From NCBI GenBank assembly GCA_034780895.1, contig JAUZTB010000127.1, forward strand, positions 51,128,997 through 51,191,326: 62,330 bases of DNA, given 5' to 3'. Below, in pieces: positions 38,201-53,200 of this stretch. Below the pieces are notes generated by a model. It was not told where the DNA came from. It worked only from the letters and a program-made list of their open reading frames with translations, and ran no database searches. The number at the start of each line of letters is the position of its first letter. Positions within the stretch are counted from its first letter, which is position 1. The translations under genes and the position numbers were made by a program. This stretch comes from Rhynchobatus australiae (taxonomy: Eukaryota).

Positions 38201-41200
38201 ATGTTGCTCACTGAGGTTGTGCTATGCGTTTTCCCTTCGTTGAATAAACCCATTGTTTATACATCCGGCATCTATTTTCTATTGAAACAAATGTTTTTTT
38301 TTCTCGCGTCTATCAAATTTGTTTCTATTTCATTTCATTGCTTATCTCATGCCTCGCGCACATCACATTTTGCGGAGCTCTTGTTCCCAAAATATGGACT
38401 TAACAGACCTGTTCTTTCCGGTGAGATTCATGCTCGGGACAGAATAAAATACCTCGTTAAATGCTAAAATAATATACTGTAATCTGCTGTTTACTCTGGG
38501 AACGAAATGTGTCCAATAAAATACAGGGTTGACTTGCTAGTTTCTATTTCTATTTAAATTAACCACCAATTTAATTTGAAAACTACACACATTGAAGACT
38601 TGAAGTGGATCTGAATAGTTTGTAAGTTAATTGACTGTGAACTTTCAGAGATATCGTGAGATTCTGTTCCGCTAAAAAAACGATAATTTTGGGTTTCTTA
38701 CCCAAGATGATGTCCCGCAGCAGTATTGCTTCATGGGTTTGTCCATTGGAAATATTGCTCTCCAGACCATATGTTTATTTTATGTACTGAATCAGTTTTC
38801 AATATTTTGGAAATGTACAGCTAATGTTTAAATAATTGACAATATTTTTATTTTTAAGATTAAACGATTAATATTTTTCAAATTATTTTAAAACATTTCT
38901 ATCGCTTCATTCCCTGAGCATCAGGGACATTGAAAAACAGTGGTAAATGGATTTCTTCACATATTTTGTCAGAAGACCATGAGATTCCTGGGCTCTGTTG
39001 CAGGGGGTGAGAGCCGGCGGGTATGATGTTGGCGGGTTGATGATTGATGAAATTTCTTCACCTGATCACCAGACGCCACCTATGGACTGCAGTGCTTCAT
39101 GAGATGCGTGAACAGATACAAATGGAACATTGAAATGTAAGAAGGGAATGTGAGTCACCGAAAAGATTAGCATGATTCAGCAAGTATTTGAAACATCTTT
39201 CCGTGCACCATATACATGCTGGGAATGTCCCAGTGTTCAGATCGATGTGCACAATTCCTAAGGGTAACTACTTCACGGAATCTAGTAGTTTTTGAAGAAC
39301 TTGATGACGACGACCCATAAGGAATTGTACACGTATGCGTCTGAAATCTTGACATGGTGCCGATGTTGCATGTGATGTAATTACAATGTTCTCATTAAAC
39401 ATATTTAAATATAATGGTGATTTTTGCCACATAGATCACAAGACTCTGAGACTCGCATCTGGGGAGAGCCGGTGCTCCGGCCGTGTTGAAATCCAGCAGG
39501 GAAATACGCTGGGGACGCTTTGTGGCGTTTACTTTGATTTTGAAGATGCGGCAGTGGTCTGTGAACACCTTGAGTGCGGAGCAGTAACCGCAACCCCGAG
39601 AGGAGATCCCTTTGGAAAAGGAACCGGTCCATTCTGGAAACATAAATACTCGTGCCGCGGGAATGAGTCCCTATTATGGGATTGCCCTATTTCATCCTGG
39701 GAACAGTTCAGCTGCTTACATGGAAGTGTCGCCAACGTCATTTGCTCAGGTGAGTCCTCTTCATCTTTTCAGCTGAAGTGAAATGTTGGAGATGCAAAAC
39801 TGGAAAACACGAACACATGCTCTCAGTGCACAATATCCGTGCTGGTCAGCAGGTGGCTATCGACATGAACTTCATTTGTCCTTTCGCATATCCATGTACT
39901 ATGCTGCTGATTTGCCTATCGCTCTGATAGCCAAGGGACAAATCACATTCGCCAATTAACCTTTACATTGTTGGCATGGGAAATAAACTGGTGCAGCTAG
40001 GGGCACCTTGCACAGTCAAAGTGACAACGTGCAGGTTCCAAGCAAACTGCAGCCAGTTCAATGATCGTACGTTCTGCATCAACAGTCCTTTCCTGCCATT
40101 TCCCCCATTATTTTTAATTCTCATTCTCTGTCTTGAGTATATCAGGCAGCGGAATCTACGTCGCCATCAAGGATATAGAATTCCAAAGATTCACCATCCT
40201 CCGACTGAGGAACTTTATGGTCATTTCAGTCTGAAGGGGTTAGCTTTTATATTGACACTATGACCTTTTGTTCCCGACTCCTGAACTAGGGGAAACATTC
40301 TTCACATTACTATACTGTCAAGTCCTCGATGAAAGTCGCGTGACGCTTATTTTTGTAAACTGCATGGAATAAGGACTTCGTCATGTTGTTCTCTCATCAG
40401 ATGACAGACCTAGAATCTCAGGATGAAAATGTTAAACATTGCTGAACACAATTTCTGGAAACCTCATCCTTCCTTTCAATACATTATACTTGAGATATGG
40501 CTTCATCAAGGCTCTCTCCGATATTAGGAAGTGAACACGACTACTGTAGGCAATCCTCTGACAACAGAACCCATAGCAGTTTGCCTTTTTATTCCCCCAG
40601 TCAACTGCATGTAAGATTACAGGGCTTTGTATACAGAAACGCCCAGGTACCTCGAAACGTCAATACTCCCCAATCCCTTTCATCTAAAAACCTAAGCAGT
40701 TCTGTCTTATTTCTACCAAATTCTACAAAGTAACTTTTCTCTTTATTGAAATCCATTCACCACACGGTTGCTCACTTAGTCACCTTCTGTACGTTGATGC
40801 TCCATCTGTGATCATTGTGTCAAAGGCCGAAATTTAACAGCATCGATGTTTCATATTGTATCCACACCATCGCTTGAGTGTCCATGTAGTTTCATGACAT
40901 CAGCGGATTTAAGAATATCTAATTTGCTTCCCTCTGTTAACTCATCAAATTGGATTCCAAATGAATACGTCTGAAGCACGGCTACCTAAGGCATTCCAAA
41001 AGTTTTCTGCTGACCTGAGAAAGACCCGCACGCTCCTATTTATTTATGACTGGGAACAAATGCTAAATCAAGATTTAGCTAATACATTAGAGAAATTTCA
41101 CATTCTCTGATCTTTCTCGGCAGCCACCTATCCAGGAGCGCAGCACATGCCTTCAGGTAATCCGCACAGTCCACGTTCACTCCACCCACTCACCAAGTGC

Positions 41201-44200
41201 ATCAGAACCGCTCTCAAATGCATCAACATATTGTAGAAATATTACTTCTCTTTCACAATTTTAAATCGACTTTTCTCAGTCATATGGTTAATTTAATTAT
41301 GTCCTGATATCAGATAGCTTATCATAGACCTCAGTCGTTTGATATGAACTACCAATTTCAGGCTGCAGAGTGTCGCCCCTTTTCTTATGCAGAGGAGTTA
41401 CATTTTCTTTCCCACAATTTACAGGAAATAATCGAAGCTGCCTCTTTCAGATTGATATTGATAGTGGAAAAAAATATTAATTGTGTTAAAATACACAAAT
41501 CATTTGCAGATAATCTAAACGACAGCAACTGTGGCTGCCTGTGAAGTGAAATATTGTTTTGGGTGTTTGATGGACAATTACCTGGGATACTTTGATTTGT
41601 CTGCATTCAAGCTTGTTGCAAGTGTTGGAGTTGCACTTAGTGAGGTGAAAGTTTTCCATACTACTCTTGAAATGGGTCTCATCAATGACTCGAAAAAATA
41701 AGGTGTCAGAAACTGAGATTTTTTTCTGAAGATGCCCAGCTTCTGGCCTGCTGGGCTATTTCCGTGGCTGATCCAGATGAATTTCTAATTAGTAGTGATG
41801 CTCATAATATTGATGAGGAGTGTGAATGATTCGAAAATTGTGCGACAATCACTGAATATCCCCAGTTTTGAATATAGGATGGAAGGACGGCTGGGGCTGA
41901 TGTAGCTGAATATGGTTGGGCCTGGGTCACTGTTGCAGTGACATCCTGAGATTGGTGATTGTGATCGTTCAAATTACGGCCATTTTTTTTGTGTGAGAGA
42001 TGTAACGCCAGCCTTGGTTATATGTATCCTTCGGTGCCAATTGCTTTACCAGAGTCCGTTGTTTGCAGGCGAAGAAACAGACTAATCAACTTTCATGTAA
42101 ATGACAGATAGACTGGATGCAGTCCTAGCTGTAGGATGCAGGATCCTCATCTAACTATTTCAGCCTCGACGACTGAATGGTACGGGTTTAGCATAATTTT
42201 ACACGTAATTCTTCAATTCTATCCCTTTTCATTTCCCGGCACCTTGCATGCAGGTCTTACGTGCTGCAGCTGGGACACTGAGTCTCCACTAGCGCCTGCT
42301 CTGTCATACATTTTGAGCCAATAATTCTGACCACATTGAGTGGATAAAGCTGGCGAACACCTCTTTCTGTGATGCTCAGGCGCTCTGTAATGTGCTAGGG
42401 TTTTCCTGGATGCACTCAATATCCAAATCTCAAACGGAAACGAAAGACTATGAGAAACATCCCACCAACTCCATTATACCAAAACACAATTTATCACTCT
42501 CTTTGAATTAGCTATTGTGTTCATCATTCCAGAGATTAACATATCGGCTGGTGCGAGAAAAAAACATGTGCGCAGTCAAGCAGCTCCACCATTCTAAAGA
42601 TTAAGGCTCGTCTGATTTTGATTTCATTTTCCCAGCTAACGATGACAACCGTTCACCACCTTACATATTAGGGCGGCACGGTAGTGTAGCGGTTAATGCG
42701 ACGCTATTATAACACCACGATCGGGCTAAGGAGTTTTTACGTTCTCCTGTGTCTGCGTGGGTTTCCTCTGGGTGCTCCGGTTTCCTCCCACATTCTAAAG
42801 ACGTACGGGTAGGTTAATTTGGGGTNNNNNNNNNNNNNNNNNNNNNNNNNNNNNNNNNNNNNNNNNNNNNNNNNNNNNNNNNNNNNNNNNNNNNNNNNNN
42901 NNNNNNNNNNNNNNNNNNNNNNNNNCCCGAGAGGAGATCCCTTTGGAAAAGGAACCGGTCCATTCTGGAAACATAAATACTCGTGCCGCGGGAATGAGTC
43001 CCGATTATGGGATTGCCCTATTTCATCCTGGGAACAGTTCAGCTGCTTACATGGAAGTGTCGCCAAGGTCATTTGCTCAGGTGAGTCCTCTTCATCTTTT
43101 CGACTGAAGTGAAATGTTTGAGATGCAAAATTGGAAAACACGAACACATGCTCTCAGTGCACAATATCCGTGCCGGTCATCAAGCGGCTATCGACATGAA
43201 CTTCATTTTTCCCTTCGCATCTCCATGTACTATGCTGCTGATTTTCCTACCGCTCTGATAGGCAAGGGACAAGTCACATTCGCCAATTAACCTTCACATT
43301 GTTGGCATGGGAAATAAACTGGTGCAGCTCGGGGCACCTTGCACAGTCAAAGTGACAACGTGCAGATTCCAAGCAAACTGCAGCCCGTTCAATGATCGTA
43401 CGTTCTGCATCAACAGTCCTTTCCTGCCATTTCCCCCATAAATTTTAATTCTCATTCTCTGTCTTGAGTACATCAGGCAGCGGAATCTACATCGCCCTCA
43501 AAGATATAGAATTCCAAAGATTCACCATCCTCCGACTGAGGAACTTTATGCTCATTTCAGTCTAAAGGGGTTAGCTTTTATATTGACACGATGACCTTTT
43601 GTTCCCGAATCCTGAACTAGGGGAAACATTATTCACAATACTGTCAAGTCCTCGATGAAAGTCGCGTGACGCTTATTTTTGTAAACTGCATGGAAGAAGA
43701 ACTTCGTCATGTTGTTCTCTCATCAGATGACACGCCTAGAATCTCAAGAATGAATATGTTAAATATTGCTGAACACAATTTCTGGAATACTCATCCTTCA
43801 TTTCAATACATTATACTTGAGATATGGCTTTATGAAGGCTCTCTGCAATATTAGGAAGTGAACACGACTCCTGCACACAATCCTCCAACAGAACCCATAG
43901 CAGTTTGCCTTTTTACTCCCCCAGTCAACTGCATGTAACATTACAGGGCTTTGTATACAGAAACGCCCAGGTACCTCGAAACGTCAATGCTCCCCAATCC
44001 CTTTCATCTGAAAAACTGAGCAGTTCTGTCTTATTTCTACCAAATACTACAAAGTAACTTTTCTCTTTATTGAAATCCATTCACCACACAGTTGCTCACT
44101 TAGTCACCTTCTGTACGTTGATGCTCCTTCTGTGATCATTGTGTCAAAGGCCGAAATTTAACTACATCGATGTTTCATATTTGTATGCACNNNNNNNNNN

Positions 44201-47200
44201 GTGGACTTAAGAATATCTAATTTGCTTCCCTCTGTTAACTCATCAAATTGGATTCCAAATAAATTCGTCTGAAGCACGGATACCTAAGGCATTCCAAAAG
44301 TCTTCTGCTGACCTGAGAAAGACCCGCACGCTCCTATTTATTTATGACTGTGAACAAATACTAAATCAACAGTCGTACATTAGAGAAGTTTCACATTCTC
44401 TGATCTTTCTCGGCAGCCACCTATCCAGGAGCTCAGCACATGCCTTCAGGTAATCCGCATATTCCACGTTCACTCCACCCAATCACCAAGTGTATCAGAA
44501 CCGCTCTCAAATTCATCAACATATTGTAGAAATATGACTTCTCTTTCACAATTTTAAATCGACTTTTCTCAGTCATATGGTTAATTTAATTGAGTCCTGA
44601 TATCAGATAGCTTATCATAGACCTCAGCCGTTTGATATGAAATACCAATTTCAGGCTCACAGCTTAGTTCTTCCTTGGAGAGTGTCGCCCCTTTTCTTAA
44701 GCAGAGGAGTTATATTTTCTTTCCCACAATTTGCAGGAAATAATCGAACCTGCCTCTTTCAGATTGATATTGAGAGTTGAAAAAAAACATTATTTCAGGG
44801 AGGGACCATTGTAGCCAAAGTGCACACAACAGTGACGAACAGCCGGAAATCTTGAACTTGAGCCATTATTCTAACGAGGATGCCCCTACAGCGGTCTTGG
44901 CGGTGGAGGTGGGGGTGTCCCGAATTTATATCCCGTGAGAATCAACAATAGGTAATATATTTCCAAATAAAAAAATGGAGTGTGACTTGGAAGGGAAGGT
45001 GCAGATCATGCCATCTGCTGTCTCTCTTGCCCATTCCATTTCACTGATAAAAATCGTAGNNNNNNNNNNNNNNNNNNNNNNNNNNNNNNNNNNNNNNNNN
45101 NNNNNNNNNNNNNNNNNNNNNNNNNNNNNNNNNNNNNNNNNNNNNNNNNNNNNNNNNNNGATCGTACGTTCTGCATCAACAGTCCTTTCCTGCCATTTCC
45201 CCCATTATTTTTAATTCTCATTCTCTGTCTTGAGTACATCAGGCAGTGGAATCTACATCGCCCTCAAGGACATAGAATTACAAAGATTCACCATCCTCCG
45301 ACTGAGGAACTTTATGGTCATTTCAGTCTTAAGGGGTTAGCTTTTATATTGACACCATGACCTTTTGTTCCCGAATCCTGAACCAGGGGAAACATTCCTC
45401 TCATAACTGTACTGTCAAGTCCTCGATGAAAGTCGCGTGCCTCAATGCGTGACGCTTATTCTTGTAAACGGCATGGAATAAAAACTTCGTCATGCTATTC
45501 TCTCATCAGTGACACACCTAGCATCTCAGGAATGAAAATGTTAAACATTGCTGAACACAATTTCTGGAAAGCTCATCCTTCCTTTCAATACATTGTACTT
45601 CAGATATGGCTTCATCCAGGCTCTCTGCAATATTAGGAAGTGAACGCAACTACTGTACGCAATCCTCTGACAACAGAGCCCATAGCAGTTTGCCTTTTTA
45701 TTCCTCTGGTCAATTGCATGTAAGGTTACAGGGCTTTGTATACAGAACATCCCAGGTACCTTGAAAAGTCAATACTCCCCGATCCCTTTCATCTAAAAAC
45801 CTGAGCAGTTCTGTTTTGTTTCTACCACATCCTACAAAGTAACTTTTCTCTTTATTGAAATCCATTCACCACATGGTTGCTCACTTAGTCAACTTCTGTT
45901 TGTTGATAGTCCATCTATGATCACTGTGTCAAAGGCCGAAATTTAACAGCATCGATGTTTCTTTTTGTATCCACCCCATCGCTTGAGTGCCCATGTAGTT
46001 TCATGACAGCATCGGATTTAAGAATATCTAATTTGCTTCCCTCTGTTAACTCAACAAATTGGATTCCAATTGAATTGGTCTGAAGCACGGATACCTAAGG
46101 CATTCCAAAAGTTTTCTGCTGACCTGAGAAAGACCCGCACGCTCCTACTTATATATGACTGGGAACAAATGCTAAATCAACAGTCGTACACTAGAGAAAT
46201 TTCACATTATCTGCTCTTTCTCAGCAGCCAGCAATNNNNNNNNNNNNNNNNNNNNNNNNNNNNNNNNNNNNNNNNNNNNNNNNNNNNNNNNNNNNNNNNN
46301 NNNNNNNNNNNNNNNNNNNNNNNNNNNNNNNNNNNAAGAGTTCGGCTTTGGTATCTCCTGCGTGTTGGGAGGGGGGGAAGAGGGAACATCACGGGTGGGT
46401 GGGGTCTTTGATTATGTTGGTTGCTTTACCAAGGTGGCGAGAAGTGTAGACTTGTTTCCAGGGTCCCAGTTTGTTTCCAGGGATGGCAGTTTTGCAGTAC
46501 GAGGAGAGAAAGATGAAAGGAGATCGCAACACAATTAACAAAAAAGCTTGACAGACTGGGTGCAGGGATGATATTGGCCCAGGCTGGGCAATCTCAGACC
46601 AGGGTACAGTTTGAACATTAGGGGTCACCAGTTTAGGATTATGTTGAAGAAACTGTCTTCACTCAGAGGTGTTCGATCAGGGTCCAGATTATTGTTTTTA
46701 TTGTGTTTTTCCTTGTAGTTTTAGCTTTCCTTACGCTTGCTTATATGTCTGTAAACTTTCAGTAACGTGTAGCATATTTGGTTCTATACTTCTGTGGTTT
46801 ATTTGTCTGCAAAGCTGAAGTGTGACTCAGTCAGTACCTGTTCACCAGTTTGCAGTATAAAGGGAGAACATGTGCTCAAGTTTCTTTATTAATTCTTTAC
46901 TTGCCTCGCCTGCTGGCACAGACTGACTCTGTCTGGCCTGTACTATGACGAACATCGAATAAAACGGCTGTAACCATAAGATTTTTGCCTCATTCTTGAC
47001 TTTTGAAGAACTTCGGGACAACATCGTCTCCAGATCTAACAGACAGTAGTGAATCTTTAGAATTCTCTACCCCAAACAGCTGTAGGAACTCAGTCATTTG
47101 GTTCATTCAAAGATTGAGAGATTTCCGGGTGGTAAGGGAAAGAAGATGAATGGGAACTGTGCTGGAGAATGGTGTTGAGGTAGATCAGCCATGATCCTGA

Positions 47201-50200
47201 TGAAAAGGGAAGCAGGCTTGAAGGAAGGCCTGTTCTTGCTCCTATTTCCTGTGCTCCTATGTTTGATTCTGTCAGATTTGATAGGGCAGGTTCTGCTGGT
47301 TCTGCTTTGAGAGCTAAGGAACTACGTCTTTGCAATGCTGCCAATATGGGCAGATTTTACCAGAGGCAATTCTCCTGTCACTTTGGACAATCTCATAAAC
47401 ATAACAACAGAAGGGGGTGTGATACAACAGTGCTCATATTTCCATTTGTGCTTATGTTTTTATAAGTGCTTCTATTTTTCATTTCCCAGCATCTTGCATG
47501 CAGGTCTCAATTGCTGCAGCTGGGATACTGAGTGTCCACTAGCGCCTGCTCTGTCATACGTTTTGAGCCAATAATTCTGACCACATTGAGTGGATAAAGC
47601 TGGCGAACACCTCTTTCTGTGATGCTCAGGCGCACTGTAATTTGCTAGGGTTTTCCTGGATGCACTAAATATCCAAATCTCAAACGTAAACGAAAGAAGA
47701 TGAGAAATACCCCACCAACTCCATCATAGCAAAACAAAATTTATCACTCTCTTTGAATTAGCTATTATGTTCATCGTTCTAGAGGCTAACATATCGGCTG
47801 GTGCGAGAAAAAAAACATGTGTGCAGTCAAGCAGCTCCAACATTCTAAAGATTAAGGCTCGTCTGATTTTGATTTCATTTTCCCAGCTAACGATGACAAC
47901 GTTTACTGCCTTGCGCAGTAGGGCGGCACGGTAGTGTAGCGGTTAAGGCGATGCTATTATAACACCACGATCGGGGTAAGGAGTTTGTACGTTTCCCTGT
48001 CTCTGCGTGGGTTTCTTCCGGGTGCTCCGGTTTCCCCCCACATTCTAAAGATGTATGGGTAGGTTAATTTGGGGTTTAAAATGAGAGGCGCGGACTCGTT
48101 GGGCCGGAAGGGCCTGTTGCCACGCTGTAAATAAAATTTAAAAAATAATAAAAAATAAAGTTCCTACCTATCCAAGTATAAAATATGCATAATGGCTACT
48201 TGTAAACCCTTTGCAGAGAGCACTTCAAAGACTTCAAGGCCCTGTGGAAAAAAAGACATGAGCTCATCCCTGTTCGAAATGGGTGAAACTCTTATGTTTA
48301 AACAGTGACCCACCCAGAGTTCTAGATTGTCCAACCTGACAAAACGTTCACTTTAACGTAAACGTTCAATCGTCCTGGCCCTCAAACGAACATTCCAATA
48401 ATTGTGGTGTGAGGGGGAAGGAATGAGTGTTTGGAGTCGTAAGTCGTGTTAAGTAAAATAGTTCAGGTTGCGTAAGTCAACTGTGCCACTCGAGGTCTTC
48501 AGTACAGAGTTCTGCAGGGTAATGCCCGAGACCCAGTCTCCTTCAGTTTTGCTTCATCAATAACACACCCAACATCATAATTGAGGGATTCAATGATAAT
48601 TGCAAATGTTGAGTTTAATTGACAACCTGTCGACCACGAAACAGTCCATATGTCCACACAGCCTGTCGCAAACAAATTCAAATATGGGCTGTTAAATGAT
48701 GTGCAACAATACGAGGTTACGGTCAGCTCAAATAAGAGACAGCCAAGACACATATCGTTGAAATATAATGGCTTTCACCATCACTGAACACCAGTGCATC
48801 AACATTGCGTGGTCTTTGTTGAGCAGAAATCCAACTGGAGTACCCAGGCAAAGCTGTGGCTACGACCTTTTGGTATCCCAACCCCATTGCAACAGCTGAG
48901 TCGCAAAAGTGACATATGTAATGAAATGCCGTCCGCTTGACCGGCTGTGTGCAGCTTCAACAACATTCAAGAAGCATGAATCCCACCAGGGCAAACAACC
49001 GACTGAATTAGTACTCTTTCAACTGCTCTAAACATCAGTTCCTCCCCTTGCTGGGCACTATTAATACACGGTATATTAATTACAAAATTATTTGCAGTTA
49101 GACATCTTGGTTACTACAGCAGCATCTTTCAAAATCTACCAACAAGCAGGCAAAGGGAACTTTACCAGCTGCAAGTTTCAATTCAAGTCATAGTTACCCT
49201 GACTTGCATATTTGTTGCTAGTCTTTCATGTTCCTGTATTCGTCACCCTGAAATTCACTATCCAGCTCGTTATCCGTCGACCTAAATCACAAATGCCGTA
49301 CTTCAAAGGGGTGGCGTCCTCCACCTTCACAAATATAACTGGGAATGGTCAATAAATGCTGACGTCGCCAGCGATGCCTTGATCCATCTATTGAATAAGG
49401 AGCAGAATGATAAGTCCCCGGATTCTTTTTGGTTTCAGAAAAGTTTCCTGTCATTCCTCCAGGTACCAGAACATAGAAAAAGTTTGTTCAAACATTCGCG
49501 ATTAGACAAGCAGATTAGTGCAGGACAAAAAAAGTCTTGTTGGTTTCCTTAGCGAGGGAGACCCGATACTCTCACCGGTAATCCAGGTCTAGTCTCAGAA
49601 AGTTCTAACTCAACAGTGACATTGCTTCCCTAAATTTGAATTTAGTCCCTTTCTCATAAAGTCTCTTCGTGCATTCATCCAAGACGTTTCTGTAAATTCT
49701 AAATCATCGAGGCGCCAGTACCGATTCCTGTGGTAAACCAATCATTACTTTTGCTAATCAATAAAATTCCAATTTATTCTCAATTTCTTTACCCGATAAC
49801 TAATCAAGCGTCGATCCATCCAGACCCAGTGTAAAGGTGTGTTATGTGAATCATTAACTTTGTTTATCTTTCCACAGATTCTGTCAGAACTGCTGCGTGT
49901 TTCTAGAATTAAATTTCTGCTTTATTAATATCCATGCAATTTTGTTGCATCTGATATAATAATCATTTTCGGTTACGACCTTTTCAAACGCCTTCACAAA
50001 TTGCAATATATGTTAATACAACTGATAAACATGATTAGTTCCAGTTCCTCTCCTTGCAGAGCACCAAAATGGAAAAAAAAACAGTTGCCCCTCACTTTGC
50101 CCTCATCACTTGCCCCTCATCCATCTCTGTTGCATGGTTCCCTGGTACCATCAGCAGATCATTGCGTTCCAGTCCACTCCAAATCAGATCCACATGGAGC

Positions 50201-53200
50201 ATCGAAATTTAGGCAGCTGGTTTGGAGAGGGGCAGTTGTAATTTACAGTGTGTGCCACTGCAGGTTCACGTGTGCGCAACCATGAAAACTTCAGAAGTTT
50301 CGCAAATAAATTACAGAATCCGCTTTTCCACTGCCCGATGTTCATGCAACCTCTTCAAACATTTAACAATGGTCATTCGAGCTTTATGTTTCCTTTGGAA
50401 ACCATGCCGACCATTCAACTTGTTGCTTTTATGGATATTCTTCTGCTCCTCTTTTTACGAACGATTCCAATCTCTTTTACTCTCCTGACATCTATTACTC
50501 ATTTTACACGTTCCTATTCACTCTTTGAGTATTTGTAGCCTGAAGGGAATAATCGAATATCTTTAAACTTCACCCTTAAAAGTTCGAATACCCATCAATT
50601 TAATGATAGGAAGCACTTCTGCCCCATTTCCATTTTCGTTATTATGACTGCAGGTGAAAATTGGATTCCGAGACTGACGAATGGGGAAAGCCGCTGTGAT
50701 GGCACAGTGGAGATATATCACAACCACAGATGGGGCAGAGTTCACGATCATTTCTGGGACCTTAATGACGCCAACGTGGTCTGCAGAGAGCTCGACTGCG
50801 GTGATGCGATATCTGCATATGATTCTTCGAAGTATGGAGAGAGTGCACGGCCCCTGTTGGTGAATGGCGTTCACTGTAACGGAAGTGAGTCGCAGCTTCG
50901 CAACTGCAGCTTAAAGACGTTTACATCATTTCCCAATGTCAGCAGTGGCGTTGGGGTCTTGTGTTCAGGTACATAAATAGTGTTAATGTGATAGATTCCT
51001 CATGCAAGTTTCTAGTTCATTAAGAAAATCTCTGTCTCTTGTCGGGAGAACAAGATATTAAATTCTGGAATGCATTCTGTTGCAAACTGCCCCACTTATT
51101 TTACTTCGTTTTCCTTCATTTCTCATATTTTCTCCTTCATGTTCCTCTCTTAAACCGCATTCCATCTCTCTTTGATACCTGCACACCTTTTCGCACTTCC
51201 CACATTGCCGTTCCATCGATCTCTGCGTATTCCACCCACTTCTTGTATGATCCGCTTCGTATTTCACTACTTTCGTTTTCCGTCTGTCTGAGTCTCCAGC
51301 AGCCTTTCTAATTTCCATCTCCCCCCAGCAATACCTCATTTCTTCCCCCTCAACCATCTTTTTTTCCTTCCGGTTGCCTCGTTCCATCCACAGACCTTCC
51401 GCCTTCCATTCCTCTCCAAAACAGATCCAAGTGGAGCACTGATATTTAGGCAGCTGCGTTGGAGAGGGGTGGTTGTAAATTTCAGTGCTGGCTACAGCAG
51501 ATGCACCAACATACAACAATGTTCTGTCATCCATCGTTCAAATTGACGTCCTGTGGTTTATAACTGTAAGCAGGTGTTTCGAGGCGAAACACGATGAAGT
51601 TGATGAGATGATTTCTCAGTTTTGACAGGGGTTCTGGAATCTTGCTGAAAAACCAGAACGATGCAATATTTGTGCAGTGTCATTATTCCAGGATTCAGCT
51701 TACGTGATTCATATGTTATCACAAGTACTGCAGCAGCGGGAAGCAACTCAGTTATGTCACGTCGTCCAAGTGCACCGGCGTGAGTGTTTGACTGTGGTTG
51801 TGTGCTCTGGACCGATAGTGGGAGTGGTTGGGCTCCGAAGGATTTCCATGTGAGTGAAGGAAATTAGTTGTGGGAGAGTATATCTGACACAGATGAAAAT
51901 GATGAAGTATTTGTGAGGTGAAAGTGCGCGCCATCTATAGTGAGAGATATGTGCAAAATCAGTGTCGGATAGATTATACGAGCGGGTATAAAATAAATGC
52001 AAAATAAAGTAGATTAAGACTAATAAAGAAATTGAAGTAGTTTCTATCGTGATGTGCTGTGCGATGAGAATATGTGGTGCTGATAATGGATTTCCGCTGA
52101 ATGAGGTGTGTTAGAGATAGCGGAGAGATGGACGGCATTGAACCCGAGGAACTGAATAGAATATCGTGAATAACTGATCTGTGAAGAGGTCGACGAAGAG
52201 TATAGAGCATCAATACTGCAGCGGTATTTATTGTCCTACTTAACAGATTCTGTGTTGATCTGTTCAGATATGCCCGTTCAAACTGCAAGCAGCAGCAAGA
52301 TTTCACGTCAGACCTGAATGTCATTGCGAAGCTGGAAGAAAATGTTTTCCTTCAGCTGATCAAACAAAAAATCCTGACTTGATCAAAGACATCACCAAGT
52401 CGAGTCGAGTTGAAAGTGTAATTCACATTTGTTTGTTGACCAACAGAACACCTGAAGTTAAGGCTAACCGACGGTGGAAGTCCATGTGCTGGACGAGTGG
52501 AGGTGTATTACGCTGGAGCGTGGGGCTCAGTTTGCAGCGATTCCTGGGATATGGTTGACGCTGGTGTGGTTTGTCGACAACTGGGTTGCGGAAATGTTGT
52601 GAAGACAAGTCGCGCTGGTTATTGCGGACAAAGCCCAGGTCCAATATGGTTGGATGAAGTGACCTGTTTGGGTAACGAATCTTTCCTCTGGCAATGTCCT
52701 TCAGCACCATGGGGTAAACACGACTGTGCTCACAAAGAAGATGCAATGGTTATGTGTTCAGGTAAAGATGCCATGAATCCGTTCGTTTTTTGAAGTGTTG
52801 TCTGTCGAATTTGACACAGGAAATCCAAGAAAACATCTTGTTGAAACAGCTGTTCTGCACATATTCCTGTTTCAACAAACAACACTTCTATTAACATTCC
52901 CCCCTGGCCTTCTCTCGATTCATCTAAATGACATCGATATAATGTCCCTTTGCTCTGTTTTGACAAGATCCACATTCAAACATCTCCTAATGTAAATGGT
53001 ATTGCCCTCAAATACGGATGAGGTATATTTGAGACGATAACACTTATGACACTCCTGGCATTGAAGAGCTGCTTTTGCTAATCATTAACGCCAAGAAGAT
53101 TTGAGATACAGATAAATCAAGTATTCATTCGATCGATACGATCATGCAAGGAAGAATCTCTGATAACCGTCTCCCGGCTTGCCAGAGTACACTGATTTAT

